Part shown: positions 10,733 to 23,318 of the stretch, piece after piece | Layout of the letters: every line of letters begins with the position of its first letter | Position numbering within the stretch: position 1 is the stretch's first letter | Source: Octopus sinensis | Lineage: Eukaryota | DNA length: 64,000 nucleotides | Direction: 5' to 3' | NCBI RefSeq assembly: GCF_006345805.1 | Contig: NC_043001.1 | Coordinates: 124,806,001-124,870,000 of the forward strand | Translations under genes and position numbers: made by a program | The notes under the pieces: generated by a model | Database searches by the model: none | Told to the model about the DNA's origin: nothing | The model's input: only the letters and a program-made list of their open reading frames with translations

Positions 10733-13712
10733 CAGGGGTCTCCAAAGTTTTCCAGCGGAGGGCCACATTGCTGAATTTTTAAAGCTACGGGGGCCAAGGT
10801 TCTAAATTATTTATTTTACCAAAATAATATAAATAAATAGTGAATTAATAATTAAAAAGGGTTATTTATTCAGTACATAATCACAATGTATATAATATCA
10901 GTAACAATTAACATGTTTTTTTTAACTTTGATCAATAGGGGAAACATGAAATTGTTTCATTTCTGACAAAATTTTGTCCAACTGAGGTTCAAAATGAGTG
11001 GTTCCAATAACAAGCAATGCATTTAAATGTTCATCAGACAATTGTGATCTGTAGCAGGATTTTGTGTATGTCATCTTTGAAAAAGTCTTCTCACACAAAT
11101 ATGTGGTGCCAAAAACTGAAATGAATTCACAGGCAAACCTCCTTAAATGAAGAAATTGGTCGGATGGAAGGCATTTGTAGAATTCAATCAAATTTCCCTC
11201 TTTATATTTGTCCTTCAGGATGTCATTGGATTGCAAATCAATAACTTCCATTTGTAACTCAGAAGGTAAGTCTCCAATAACAGAGTTAAATGGATTTTCA
11301 AAAATTCTTAGTTTTGAAGAACATGCATCAAGATCAGAAAAACGTTCTTCAAACTGTTGTTTCAAAGCTAAAATGACATCTTGAGCAAACAAGTTTGGAA
11401 ATGGAGTGGCAGCTTCCTGTCTATATTTGTCACATCGTGAAAAATGAGTAAAGCAGCTTCTTGTTAACTGACTTTCAAATAGTATTAATTTCTTACGAAA
11501 AGCTTTCACCTTTGAGTACAAATCACAGATGAGTGAAGTTTCACCTTGTATCCGTAGGTTGAAATCATTGAGATGCATAGTTAAATCGGCTGAAAATGCT
11601 AATTTCCAGAGCCATTCAATGTCTTTGAGCAACACCTGTGAATGGTTTTTCTCATTTAAAAATATTTCAATTTCAGTTCGAAGCTCAAAAAATCTAGCCA
11701 GAATTTTTCCATAGCTAAGCCATCTTACTGAAGTATAGTAAGGTAGGTCTGGAAACTCAGCATTCATTTCCTCCAAGAAATCACGAAATTGGCGATGTTT
11801 GAGTCCATGAGATCTTATGTAGTAACAGTGGAAATCACAGGATCTAATACAGATGATAAATCAAGATGCTTTCCACACAGTGCTTGCTGATGAAGAATAC
11901 AATGCAATACCAAAGGTTTCAATCCACCGGAATTCTCAATTACTTTGTTAATTTGCCCAACAAAGCCCTTTTTGGTTCCACACATATTTCTGCCACCATC
12001 TGTTGTTATGCATTTTAGTTTTTTCCATTCCAAATTATACTCAGCCACTGACTTTTCCACTTCTCTAAAAATATCTATGCCTGTTGTTGTTCCATGCATG
12101 CTGTGCACAGATACAAGTTCCTCAGTAATCTCAAAATTGGCATTTATTCCTCTGATGAACAATAACAATTGGGATGTGTCTGATACATCAATTGACTCAT
12201 CAAGTGCAACAGAAAAGCATACAAACTTGCTGGCTTTGTCTTTTAGCTGTGATTTAATATTTCTTTCAATATGTTCAACCCTACGAGCAACAGTGTTCGC
12301 AGAAAGACTAATTGCGGAAAATAAATCTACGTTTTCTGGACACATTTCCTTAGCTACCTCATTCAAGCACTTTTTAATAAGTTCACCATCTGTAAATGGC
12401 TTACCTTTCTTCGCCAAAAGGTTAGCAACATGGAAGCTTGCTCTTGTTGCTCTCTCTTTTTCTACAGCCTTCTTCTTGAAAACAAACTGCATTGATGATA
12501 AATTCTTCTTTAATTTGTCAAATTTCTCTTTACGTAGCTGTCCAATGAATTGGTAGTACTGTGATGAATGCTTTTTTTCATAATGTCTCCGAATGTTGTA
12601 CTCTTTAAGTACTGCAATTGTGTCGGTGCATATAACGCATAGTGCCTTGTTGTTTGACTCTATGACAAAATATGTATGTATGTATGTATGTATGAATGTA
12701 TGTATGTATGTATGTATGTATGATGTATGTATGTATGTATGTATGTGTGCATGTATGCATGTATGCATGTATGTATGTATGTATGTATGTATGTATGTAT
12801 CTATGTATGTATGTATGTATGTCATTGTTCACAAAAAAAACTCTACACTCAGAGTCGATTTTTCGTTTTCTTCCTTGAGCTAACATTTTTACCATGGGTC
12901 GACAGATTTTGCTCGACGATATATGTAAAAGGACGAAACAAGTAAAAACAATATTCACAGGTCACTCGATACGTGCATTCACTTCGGCAGCGACGACGAC
13001 AAATGACTCACACTTGTGCACAACGAAAACGCCAAGTCTGTGCTGACTGACGGAATGCGCATCGAACTTTACTCCACGCTGATTGGCGACTGCACCAGGA
13101 TTAGAAACCACCACACAACGTCAGGCTCAACCCTCTCTATTCATCGCTCGTGAGATGTAGGTAACATCGATAAATCGATATTTGTCTTCTTTTATTATAC
13201 TAGGCACGGGACTTTTATTAACGTCATACTTGTCGTATCTGCTCTCTCGACAGTTGACGGAATAGGTTGACTTTTCTGCGACATCAATAAAGCTAGAAAT
13301 TGAATCTCTGCTTCATTATAAGCAGCACCATCCATCTCACTGACAATCGCCTATTATCTAAGATGAATGATAGGTAGCTCGATAGCGAAGTTAATTCATT
13401 TTATGGTGGTTCTGATGGGTCAGTTAAAACGGGGGGAGTGGAAAAGAACCTATATTTACACTAAAGTTTAGTGTATAAATGTTTAATTCGCCGGCGCAAT
13501 TTAAAGACATTAATTGATGGCAAATCAATTAGCGTCGTCTTGCGTCTATTTGCTGTACTATATTTGTCAAACGTATTAAAAGGGGTGTAAAGTATATTTG
13601 TTTTTGTATGATTTCGGCAAGGCTTATTTTTCGACATTTGTTTTATAATTTTGGAGGACAGCTCGGCGGGCCGGATTAAAAACCTTGGCGGGCCGTACTT
13701 TGGAGACCCCTG
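10733..13712 (-). mobile_element. hAT DNA transposon, Buster/Charlie family, full length (2980 bp)
   Basis: Perfect 16-bp TIR CAGGGGTCTCCAAAGT. Perfect 8-bp TSD CTATAGGA (10725-10732, 13713-13720) with the central TA typical of Buster. Confidence 0.97.
10922..12895 (-). pseudogene. hAT (Buster/SPIN, GTF2IRD2-like) transposase, disrupted
   Basis: CVIC...RRHYEKKH zinc finger, ALDES, TTDGG, HCILHQQALC, VRWLS and YLCEKTFS motifs. A 1-bp deletion near 11822 and a 161-bp insert at 12671-12831; no other stops seen. Confidence 0.95.
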
Positions 13713-14116
13713 CTATAGGACATGGCAGTACAAAGAAATTCGGAAATCAAAGAAACAGACCAGACATCATAATTAAGAATGAATGCTGCCCAATATTTCT
13801 TCTGTGGGGAGAGGGAGGAACTAAAACAAGCATTTTTATCAACTATAATAATTGTTTGTGATGATAAAATACCAAAGGATACAGTTACATGAAAATTAAT
13901 CTTCATACCGTCTGAGTATGAAACGGTTTCAATTCCAACCAGGCTCATGCATAGCCGCGTAGTTAAGTTCTCTCAGCAACAAAACCATCCTTACTATCAA
14001 AACTTCAGTATAAGAAACTGTTTTCTACCAAACCGTGGATTGACTGAGACCTGGATAAAGACACAGTAACTATGTAGAAACCCATTGGATGGAGACACAC
14101 TTAATACCTCTTTTTT

Positions 14117-14240
14117 TATTATTACCCACAAGGTTCTAAACATGGAGGGGACAAACAAGGACAGACATAGGTAGTAAGTCGATTACATCGACCCCAGTGC
14201 GTAACTGGTACTTTATGTATCGACCCCGAAAGGATGAAAG
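14117..14240 (-). mobile_element. Family A SINE 3' half fused to a Tx1-like 3'UTR
   Basis: Family A tail and central domain, with the junction 'gaaaggatgaaag|acggtaacc'. Confidence 0.8.
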
Positions 14241-15084
14241 ACGGTAACCTTGGTCAATATTGTTATATGTTACCACATTTGTTTGCAAGTGGGTAACCCT
14301 CTGTTTTCAATTTCTGGGTTCATAGGATTATGCTCAAGGTGGCTTCGTCATTCATACGTGCCATCCTTGCTACATTCACCCATCTTTTTTTAAAACATTC
14401 GCTAGACAATACTTGCCTCTCTACTCTCACTTTCCTTTTCAAGTGGTACTTGAAGAAGTTGATGAGAGATTGACCAGAGAGGAAAGTGTTTGTCTCCAAT
14501 CCTTTCAGACGCGTCCACCAGATACATTCTTTCGCCATAGCCACAAGGATGATGAAAATAGCTCTTCCTTCCCGTTTGAAGGAAGGAGGCGTGACAATAT
14601 TGACGATAGACTCAGCTGATAAACCGACTCGTCCCACACGTGACAGCAGTTGTTCGACATAAGCCCACAGGTCGGAAATTGTTGGACACTGCACGAGTGC
14701 GTGCAGAACGGTTTTGTCGCTCTGACCGCATCTCGGGCAGGTCGGCCCCGTGTTTCTCGAGCCGTGTCTGTAGAGCTTATCCCGAACGGGTAGCGCTTCT
14801 CGGTAACACCGCCAGGCCAGGGATCTCTGGAAGTTGTCCATGGGCCCTGGCCCGAAAGTCGTCCTGAACAGGCGGGTCAGGTACTCCTCGTCGACGTCCA
14901 GGTTCGCCCCGAGCTCGTCGTCTTACTTCCCCTCCACTAATCCCCTATAGAATGCTTTGGTTGTGTTGAAGTCACTCAAGGTCGATCCAGGACGGCAGAG
15001 TTGCTTGAGAGCAACGCGACACTCGCGGTGCCATCTTTTTGATCCACGACTGCAGTTCGGTCATGGAGACGAGCTGCGGGAAAG
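14241..15084 (-). mobile_element. 5'-truncated Tx1/L1-clade LINE (ORF2 C-terminal zf-RVT region)
   Basis: 'RSLAWRCYREALPVRDKL...CPRCGQSDKTVLHALVQC' is a zf-RVT CCHC region (ORF 14320-14841). GC-rich, and the 5' end abuts (GATA)n. Confidence 0.9.
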
Positions 15085-15086
15085 AC

Positions 15087-15165
<79 letters not shown>

Positions 15166-15190
15166 CAGATAGATAGATAGATAGACAGAG

Positions 15191-15265
<75 letters not shown>
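15085..15265. repeat. (GATA)n microsatellite
   Basis: Direct observation. Confidence 0.97.
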
Positions 15266-15269
15266 GAAA

Positions 15270-15596
15270 AGACCCTTTGGGTCGTGATGGACCATGGGAT
15301 TGCGCCTAGAAAGTTACCCCACCGAGGCACAAGTCCGGGCAAAGTTGTTTATGGAATACCAGTAGTCACCCATGCATACCAGCTTCCCCTCTCCACGCCA
15401 CTAATGTAACCCAAGGGAAAGCCCATACAGCTTGGCATCAGTGACGTTACAACTCATTTCTACAGCTGAGTGAACTGGAGTAACATGAGGTAAAGTGTTT
15501 TGCTGAAGGACACAACACAGCCCGGTCCGAGAATCGAACTAACTACCTCAAGATTGTGATCCCAACGCTGTAACAACTGAGTCATACGCCCTCACA
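15270..15596 (-). mobile_element. tRNA-derived SINE, family D (CORE-like centre)
   Basis: Minus-strand head gtgagggcgtatgactcagttg...gttcgattc, then 'gtgtcctt.agcaa.acact...ctccagttcactcagctg'. Confidence 0.7.
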
Positions 15597-15616
15597 GTAT
15601 GCGTGTGTGTATGTAC

Positions 15617-15659
<43 letters not shown>

Positions 15660-15675
15660 ATATCTTACTGTTTAA

Positions 15676-16070
15676 TCTTTTACTTGTTTCAGTCATTTGA
15701 CTGCGGCCATGCTGGAGCACCGCCTTTAGTCGAGCAAATCGACCCCAGGACTTATTCTTTGTAAGCCTAGTACTTATTCTATCGATCTCTTTTGACGAAC
15801 GGCTAAGTTACGGGGACGTAAACACACCAGCATCGGTTGTCAAGTGATGTTGGGAGGACAAAGGCACACACACACACACACATACATATATATACATATA
15901 TACGACGGGCTTCTTTCAGTTTCCGTCTACCAAATCCATCCACTCACAAGGCTTTGGTCGGCCCGAGGCTATAGTAGAAGACACTTGCCCAAGGTGCCAC
16001 GCAATGGGAATGAACCCGGAACCATGTGGTTGGTAAGCAAGCTACTTACCTCACAGCCACTCCTGCGCCT
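15676..16070 (-). mobile_element. tRNA-derived SINE, family B, full length
   Basis: Head ggcgcaggagtggctgtg.ggtaag (A box) and ggttc (B box), internal (TA/TG)n, tail gtcaaatgactgaaacaagtaaaaga. Confidence 0.9.
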
Positions 16071-16340
16071 ATTCGGACAATTATGGTACATGTTAGCATA
16101 TATCTTTTCACTCATGTGCGTTAACTGCAGCATTACAGCAGTTTAGCTCTTATTTCTAGTAGGTGCTTCCTGACATCCGAGTCACATTTATTGACAATTA
16201 TAATTTTCCTTTTTGCTGAAACATTGCAAACTGTTGTTTATATTAATCATATGCGTGTGTGTGTGTCTGTGTGTGTATGTGCGAGTGTGTGTGTGTGTAC
16301 ACGTTCAGGTGTGTGCGTTTTTAAGACGTGTATGAATGTT

Positions 16341-16379
<39 letters not shown>

Positions 16380-16416
16380 GCATGTATATAAATGTGCATA
16401 TATATATTCAAAATTC

Positions 16417-16462
<46 letters not shown>

Positions 16463-16479
16463 TATATTATATATATATA

Positions 16480-16522
<43 letters not shown>

Positions 16523-16533
16523 ATATATATAAT

Positions 16534-16584
<51 letters not shown>

Positions 16585-16594
16585 ACAAGAAAAA

Positions 16595-16736
16595 AGCAAC
16601 AAAAATGTATCAATATTTCGGTACAATTGTTTCGTACGAAGACCAGCTTTATTAAGGCTGTAAATATTTGCAGCCTTAATAAAGTTGGTCTTCGTACGAA
16701 ACAATTGTACCGAAATATTGATCCATTTTTGTTGCT
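16595..16736. repeat. Fold-back palindrome, 71-bp arms
   Basis: The arms differ at 3 positions. Centre aaatattt; follows a (TA)n tract. Confidence 0.95.
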
Positions 16737-16880
16737 GTTTCCTTGTTTATAATCACCCCGCATTATCTTATGGTTAATACCATATAGATGTCTGGTGCAT
16801 CTAAGTTAAGTACCGCATTCATGTGAATTCAACAGAACTCACTTGAATCTTAATTGCTTTTACTATATATATATATTATA

Positions 16881-17255
16881 GGCGCAGGAGTGGCTGTGTG
16901 GTAAGTAGCTTGCTTACCTACCACATGGTTCCGGGTACAGTCCCACTGCGTGGCACCTTGGGCTAGTGTCTTCTACTATAGCCTCGGGCCGACCAAAGCC
17001 TTGTGAGTGGATTTGGTAGACGGAAACTGAAAGAAGCCCCTCGTATATATGTATATGTATGTGTGTATATATTTGTGTGACTGTGTTTGTCCCCTCAACA
17101 TCGCTTGACAACTTAGCGGTTCGGCAAAAGAGACCGATAGCATAAGTACTAGGCTTGCAAAGAATAAGTCCTGGGGTCGATTTGCTCGACTAAAAGCAGT
17201 GTTCCAGCATGGCCACAGTCACATGACTGAAACAAGTAAAAGAGTAAACGAGTAA
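16881..17255 (+). mobile_element. Family B SINE
   Basis: Same head, body and tail as 15676-16070. Confidence 0.9.
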
Positions 17256-17367
17256 GAATATACATATACATATATAGGGGAGAATTCACAAAAAAAACAA
17301 AAGACGAAGACAGATGGTGTAGACAACAAACAGATGTATTAGTATAACGCTCGGGAAGTGAAAAAGT

Positions 17368-17403
17368 CATTAACGTTTCGAGCCTACGCTTTTCCACAGA
17401 AAG
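17368..17403 (-). ncRNA. Degenerate minimal hammerhead motif (family H repeat, 17278-17435)
   Basis: CTTT CTGTGGA A AAGC GTAG GCTC GAAA CGTT AATG. Core A6>U; stems I and II imperfect. Confidence 0.5.
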
Positions 17404-17458
17404 GAACACAGAAAGAAACAAAGAGACAAAATAAAGAATTTGTAGTGGCTAGATAGAC

Positions 17459-17592
<134 letters not shown>

Positions 17593-17889
17593 ATATACAT
17601 ATATGTGTATATATATATACATACACACTCATTCATGTACGGTTGTGCGCGCGCTCACTCTATGTGTGTGAAAGAATGTGTGTGCGCGCGCGTGTGTGTC
17701 TGTGTATGCGTGCGTGCGTGTTTGTACTATGAAGTGGCTGCAACTACGTTTCTGAGAGTGTAATATTGGTACCGCCAAGATGTCACTGATATCGTCATTT
17801 AAATAGATAGATAAATCACTTAAATATGATTTATATATATATTATATATATATATATATATATACATATCGTATGTGCATTTATGTATA

Positions 17890-17892
17890 ATA

Positions 17893-17950
<58 letters not shown>

Positions 17951-17969
17951 TATGATGATAATAATAATG

Positions 17970-18017
<48 letters not shown>

Positions 18018-18040
18018 TAATAATAATAATAATAATAATA
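17890..18040. repeat. (TAA)n microsatellite
   Basis: Direct observation. Confidence 0.97.
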
Positions 18041-18473
18041 AGCAGCTGAGACACCGCTTGTGAGACTGAAATATCGATACAACCAAGATGCCATTGATAT
18101 CATCATTTAAATAAATAACAAAAGCAATCATTTATATAAAAGAAAAAAGACTGATATCATAAAAGATATTCTATCATATCGAATATTCCCTGTGGTAATA
18201 ACTTTGATCTTTAATCACTGATATCTTTGGTTATTTTTTCCCCAGTTATCGCGTATGAAGCTGACGAAATGTTCAATAAATATCCAATTATAACGTTTTA
18301 TATTTTAAATCTTAACAGTTCTCTTTCTACACTAACTATATTTTGAATATATTTTGTTTTATTATTATTATTATTTGTTTCGATTTACTGTTAAAACCTG
18401 CTATGAGCCTTTTTTGTTTTTTTGAAAAGTGTTAAGTCTAAATGAGCAGCTTATCTTTCAACCAGCGCCATTA

Positions 18474-18546
<73 letters not shown>

Positions 18547-18652
18547 AGCATATATATATATAGTTAAAATTTAGAGAAAACAAAAGACGACGACAGATGA
18601 GGAAACAACAAGCAGGTGTATTAGTCTAACGCTAGGGAAGAATGGAAAAGTC

Positions 18653-18683
18653 GTTCACATTTCGAACCTACGCTCTTCGTCAT
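18653..18683 (-). ncRNA. Truncated hammerhead motif (family H repeat, 18575-18684)
   Basis: aTGACGA A GAGC GTAG GTTC GAAA TGT. C3 and stem I are lost at the junction. Confidence 0.45.
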
Positions 18684-18765
18684 ATGTGTGTGCGTTTGTT
18701 TGTTTGTGCTCGTGCGTGTGTCTGTGTGTGCGTGCGTGTGTGTGTGCGTGTGTGTGTGTGTGTAT

Positions 18766-19000
18766 GTGAGGGCGCGTGGTTTAGTGGCTAAGGTTTTGCA
18801 ATCACGACTGCAAAATCAACGTTTCCATTCCAGGACCGAACAATGCGTTGTATTTGTGAATGAAACATTCCCTTTCACGTTGCTCTGCGATCACTTCAAC
18901 ATCTGACGTGTGGCACACCGTGCACTTGTACAGGCGATGTCGATTTGATGGAGGGAGTTCACAGCACAAGCATCATTATAAACCACTCATCTGCGCAGAT
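18766..19000 (+). mobile_element. Family D SINE, degenerate
   Basis: Head gagggcgcgtggtttagtgg plus a CORE-like block. Confidence 0.6.
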
Positions 19001-19529
19001 TGATTAGCAAATAATTGCGCAAATTTCATATCTTCTACAACTGGAGAGCTCACCATATACATGCATAAACATATATTGCTCTCTCTCTCTCTCTCTCTCT
19101 TTCTCTCCCTCTCTCTCTCTCTCTCTTGCAATTTATATGTATGTATGTGTTATAACGAGCTAGAGAAAAGTTCTCAACACATGATTTAGAGTATAATCAT
19201 ATTAATTCAGTTACTTGAAATTTAATCCAAGCTCGTCCTGTGAGACTATTATTCTGGACCATAATGAAAAACAAAATGGTTCTGGGATCTCACTGTTTCA
19301 TCAGTCACACACCACGTGTACCACAAGGGAAATGTAATAGCATTTTGTTATACGGAAACATCTGCAATTGATAGTAAAATTCGACGTTGATTTAAACTTT
19401 AGTTCGGTTTCAGCGTTAATTATCTTGGGTATCCTCAAATGTTAATATAATGTAGGTAATAACTTATTCTTAAAAGATTGTTTCTTGAATTATTAGCAGG
19501 GATCAACATTGAGCTGATTTTCAACCGTT

Positions 19530-19603
19530 AGTTGCCAACATCGATTGTCAAGCCATGGTGGGAGGACAGACACAGACACAAAACACATTTATATACATAT
19601 ATA

Positions 19604-19667
<64 letters not shown>

Positions 19668-19836
19668 CAGACATATATATACGACGGGCTTCTTTCAGTT
19701 TCGTTTACCAAATCCACTCACAAAGCTTTGGTCGGCCCGAGTCTAAAGCAGACACTTGCCAAGGTGCCACTGAGTGGGACTGAACCCAGAACCATGTTGT
19801 TGGGAAGTAAGCTTCTTACTACAAAACCACACCTGT
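19530..19836 (-). mobile_element. Family B SINE, partial
   Basis: Head and internal microsatellite present; tail absent. Confidence 0.8.
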
Positions 19837-20798
19837 GAAAGTTTTTTTCTTCTCCCCTGTTTAAGACGTAGCTTAGTAGAATCAGAATCTTAAGTTGTCA
19901 GTTGCACATAGTTAATATTGACCACTATGGCTGTTGTACACTTTCCGATTTTAATGTGAAGTTGCTTTCTCTAATGTTCATTAGGGACCAAATGTGTTTT
20001 GAAAAGGATGTAGTATTACATTTATATTCATACCCAAATGAATACATGGGTTGCATTTATCTAGTTTTAATTTAACTCGATGTATGTCCTAACTGTGCAT
20101 CTACTCTATATACTTTTTTGTCAATTATTTTCAATCGGCACCATCTTGGGTTAACGTATTTTTGTTTGTTTGTTTTCGGGGTTTTTTTTTGCTTGTATTT
20201 TTTTTATTGTTGTTGCTTTGTCACAGTCCCGTAAAGTTGTCCGATAGATCGAGTATTTTCAAACATAAACTACCGAAAGCATCAGCCAATTATGTGCGCG
20301 TGTGTGCGTATGAATAAGGTCAAAAGACAGGAAACTCAGAACAACGGAATGCTATAAACAGAAAATGACCCACTTATCAAATATTTACACGATCCCATTA
20401 TTTAGAATTCTATTTTACTTTGTTCGTTGCGATAGTGTGTACAGAAACCCACTTTAGACGAAATTACACACATTAAAAAATGTGTGTTATATTTCATTTG
20501 TTGACTTATTTATTGGCCTTACGATTTGTTCTAATTTTGCTGTTGTATTCTTATTCCTTTAATTCTTTAATCCAACTTTTTTTTTCGTATTTAACCTGGT
20601 CATGTGTGCTAAATAATGAATGTGTTCCCTGCTTAATAAACTAGTACAACAAAGGGAGGGTCAGTAGGAGGTTTACAGAGAGGATAAGTGGTCGCGAGAG
20701 ACAGACAGTCAAAGAGAGTCATTGAGAAATAGAGACAGTCACAGAGTAAATGGGGACAGGGGTGGGTGTGGAAGAGATATCTCTGTCCAAACTGCTAT

Positions 20799-21181
20799 GT
20801 GGGAAGCACTCCGTCGTTTACGACGATGAGGGTTCCGGTTGATCCGACCAACGGAACAGCCTGCTCGTGAAATTAACGTGTAAGTGGCTGAGCACTCCAC
20901 AGACACGTGTACCCTTAACGTAGTTCTCGGGGATATTCAGCGTGACACAGAGTGCGACAAGGCCGGCCCTTTGAAATACAGGTACAACAGAAACAGGAAG
21001 AAAGAGTGAAAGAAAGTTGTGGTGAAAGAGTACAGCAGGGATCACCACCATCCCTACCGGAGTCTCGTGGAGCTTTAGGTGTTTTCGCTCAATAACACTC
21101 ACAACGACCGGTCTGGAAATCGAAACCGCGATCCTACGACCGCGAGTCCGCTGCCCTAACCACTGGGCCATTGCGCCTCCA
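20799..21181 (-). mobile_element. tRNA-derived SINE, family C, young copy
   Basis: Head gtggaggcgcaatggcccagtgg...gtttcgattcc, tail ...gacggagtgcttcc. TSD caaactgctat (20788-20798, 21182-21192). Confidence 0.93.
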
Positions 21182-22006
21182 CAAACTGCTATAGATACGT
21201 GACAACGTTGAAGTATTTCTATAAGCTTGGATTGCAAGCGAGAGCCACCAAATCGTCATCAGATCGCAATATATTATCTGAGAAAAACCAAGGACACCTT
21301 GATAATGTAAAACGGTGGGATGGCCACGGCTGGAATGTCTATGATTATAGATGTTGTGGACTGTTCGACAATGAACAAGACCTAGGCAGCTCTTAAAGGT
21401 ATAAGATAGAATTCCAAATACTGGGATAGTGTAAATATTTGATAAGTGGGTCATTTTCTGTTTATAGCATTCCGATGTTCTGAGTTTCCTATCTTTTGAC
21501 CTTATTCAGTCGGCACAGGGCGCAGCACGAAATTGCCACTATACGTCAGAGGGAGTGCTAATAAATTCCCGAATGTTTCTTTAAGTTTTTGCAGCGTTAC
21601 GCTGAGTTCTTTTCCCGCATAGAAGTTTTGGATGATAAATCAAGTCCAACAGATGGGTGGAGGAAACAGGATATAAAAGATCAGAGACGAATTGAGATAG
21701 TGTTCTAAGGCCATCTATTCGTTCTTTAGGATAGAATGATTGAGAAAGATATGCATGAGTGTGGCTGAGTATACGTTTAAGTATAAACATGCACGCTCTC
21801 ACATAAGCGCTCGTGCACACACACACACACATACACACATACACGCGCATACATGCATACATATATATATAACATGTATATGTCTATATAGGAATCTATA
21901 CGCGCGCACTCACACACATGTATATAGGAATATATAAACTATACATGTTTGTTTATAAACATACATATAGATGGATATACACATACATACACAAACACAC
22001 ACATAC

Positions 22007-22049
<43 letters not shown>

Positions 22050-22054
<5 letters not shown>

Positions 22055-22172
22055 GAAAAATTATAATAAGGCAGAATGATAAATTGAAAGTAAATTTTAA
22101 TAAAAATGGATACACCCACTTTTATTAAAATTTACTTTCAATTTAACATTCTGCCTTATAATTTTCCCTCTC
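22050..22172. repeat. Fold-back palindrome, ~55-bp arms
   Basis: gagaggaaaaattata..aaggcagaatg / cattctgccttataattttccctctc; follows (TA)n. Confidence 0.85.
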
Positions 22173-22220
22173 CTATCATTTCTCCACGTGCGGTTAACAC
22201 AACCCCATCATTTACTGACT

Positions 22221-22252
<32 letters not shown>

Positions 22253-22713
22253 ATATTATTATATATATATATATATATATACATATGTGTGTGTGCTTGT
22301 GTGTGTATAAATATATGTATTTATGTATGTATTTATGTGTAGTCGCCATATCCACAAATCATTTCAATTCGGATGTATGAAAAACCTCTACTTCCTAATA
22401 TCATCACTAACGCCATCAATTTTCCTACACTGCCAACACAAAAACCACCGACAGCATCACAAAAACCTCCATCGCTAATATCCAGCCGGCTTTAACCCAA
22501 CCGCTCCACCCCTCATTCAATGATAGCTATCTGAATACATTAATAGCTGCTATAATGATGTAAAATAACTGTTATAAAAATACTTTTCCACTCTATAAAT
22601 GCGATTTTCTGTCAAAATCAGTTAATTTTATTTCCATCAACAGAAAAATGGATTCAATGTCCGTTTTAAGAAACAGAGTTAAATGTCATTCCGGAAGTTC
22701 TCTCTCTTTTTCT

Positions 22714-22756
<43 letters not shown>

Positions 22757-22833
22757 TTCTCTGCATCGTTCTCTATCATTCAGCTATATGAAGCTAATGT
22801 TCAGATGTGTTTGCCTATAGCTGTTACGATTGC

Positions 22834-22834
<1 letters not shown>

Positions 22835-22894
<60 letters not shown>

Positions 22895-22946
22895 GTTGTT
22901 GTTATTATTATAATTATTATTATTATTATTATTATTATTGTTGTTG

Positions 22947-22980
<34 letters not shown>

Positions 22981-23260
22981 TTTCATCTACATCGTCAGCC
23001 TCACCCTTATCATCTTCATTACCTTCATCATCAAAGAGTATTGTTGTTGTTGTAATAGGTGGTGGTGGTATTGGTGGTGGAGGTGGTGGTGGTGGAGGTG
23101 GTGGTGGTGGTGGTGGTATTGGTGGTGGTGGTGGTGGTGGTGGTGGTGGTGGTGAAATTGATCTCTTGGTAACTCATTATTTATATTGTTCTTTATGAAT
23201 GATGAAGATGATAATGATTACGACGACGACGATGACGACAACAATGACGATGTCGACGAC

Positions 23261-23318
<58 letters not shown>

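Larger units (their letters stand above)
10033..14080 (+). mobile_element. Degenerate RLE-type (R4/Dong-like) LINE split by a hAT insertion
   Basis: 'LFAETRGVRGLVHLE' resembles the RLYLPRKEGGRGL motif. Frameshifted zinc-knuckle region ends 'HKLETV...GNVTIL', and the frame resumes at 13721 with 'DMAVQRNSEIK..RPDIIIKN'. Confidence 0.7.

Noticed and set aside
11529-12556. Plus-strand ORFs of 61 and 203 aa
   Set aside because: Antisense shadows of the hAT transposase.
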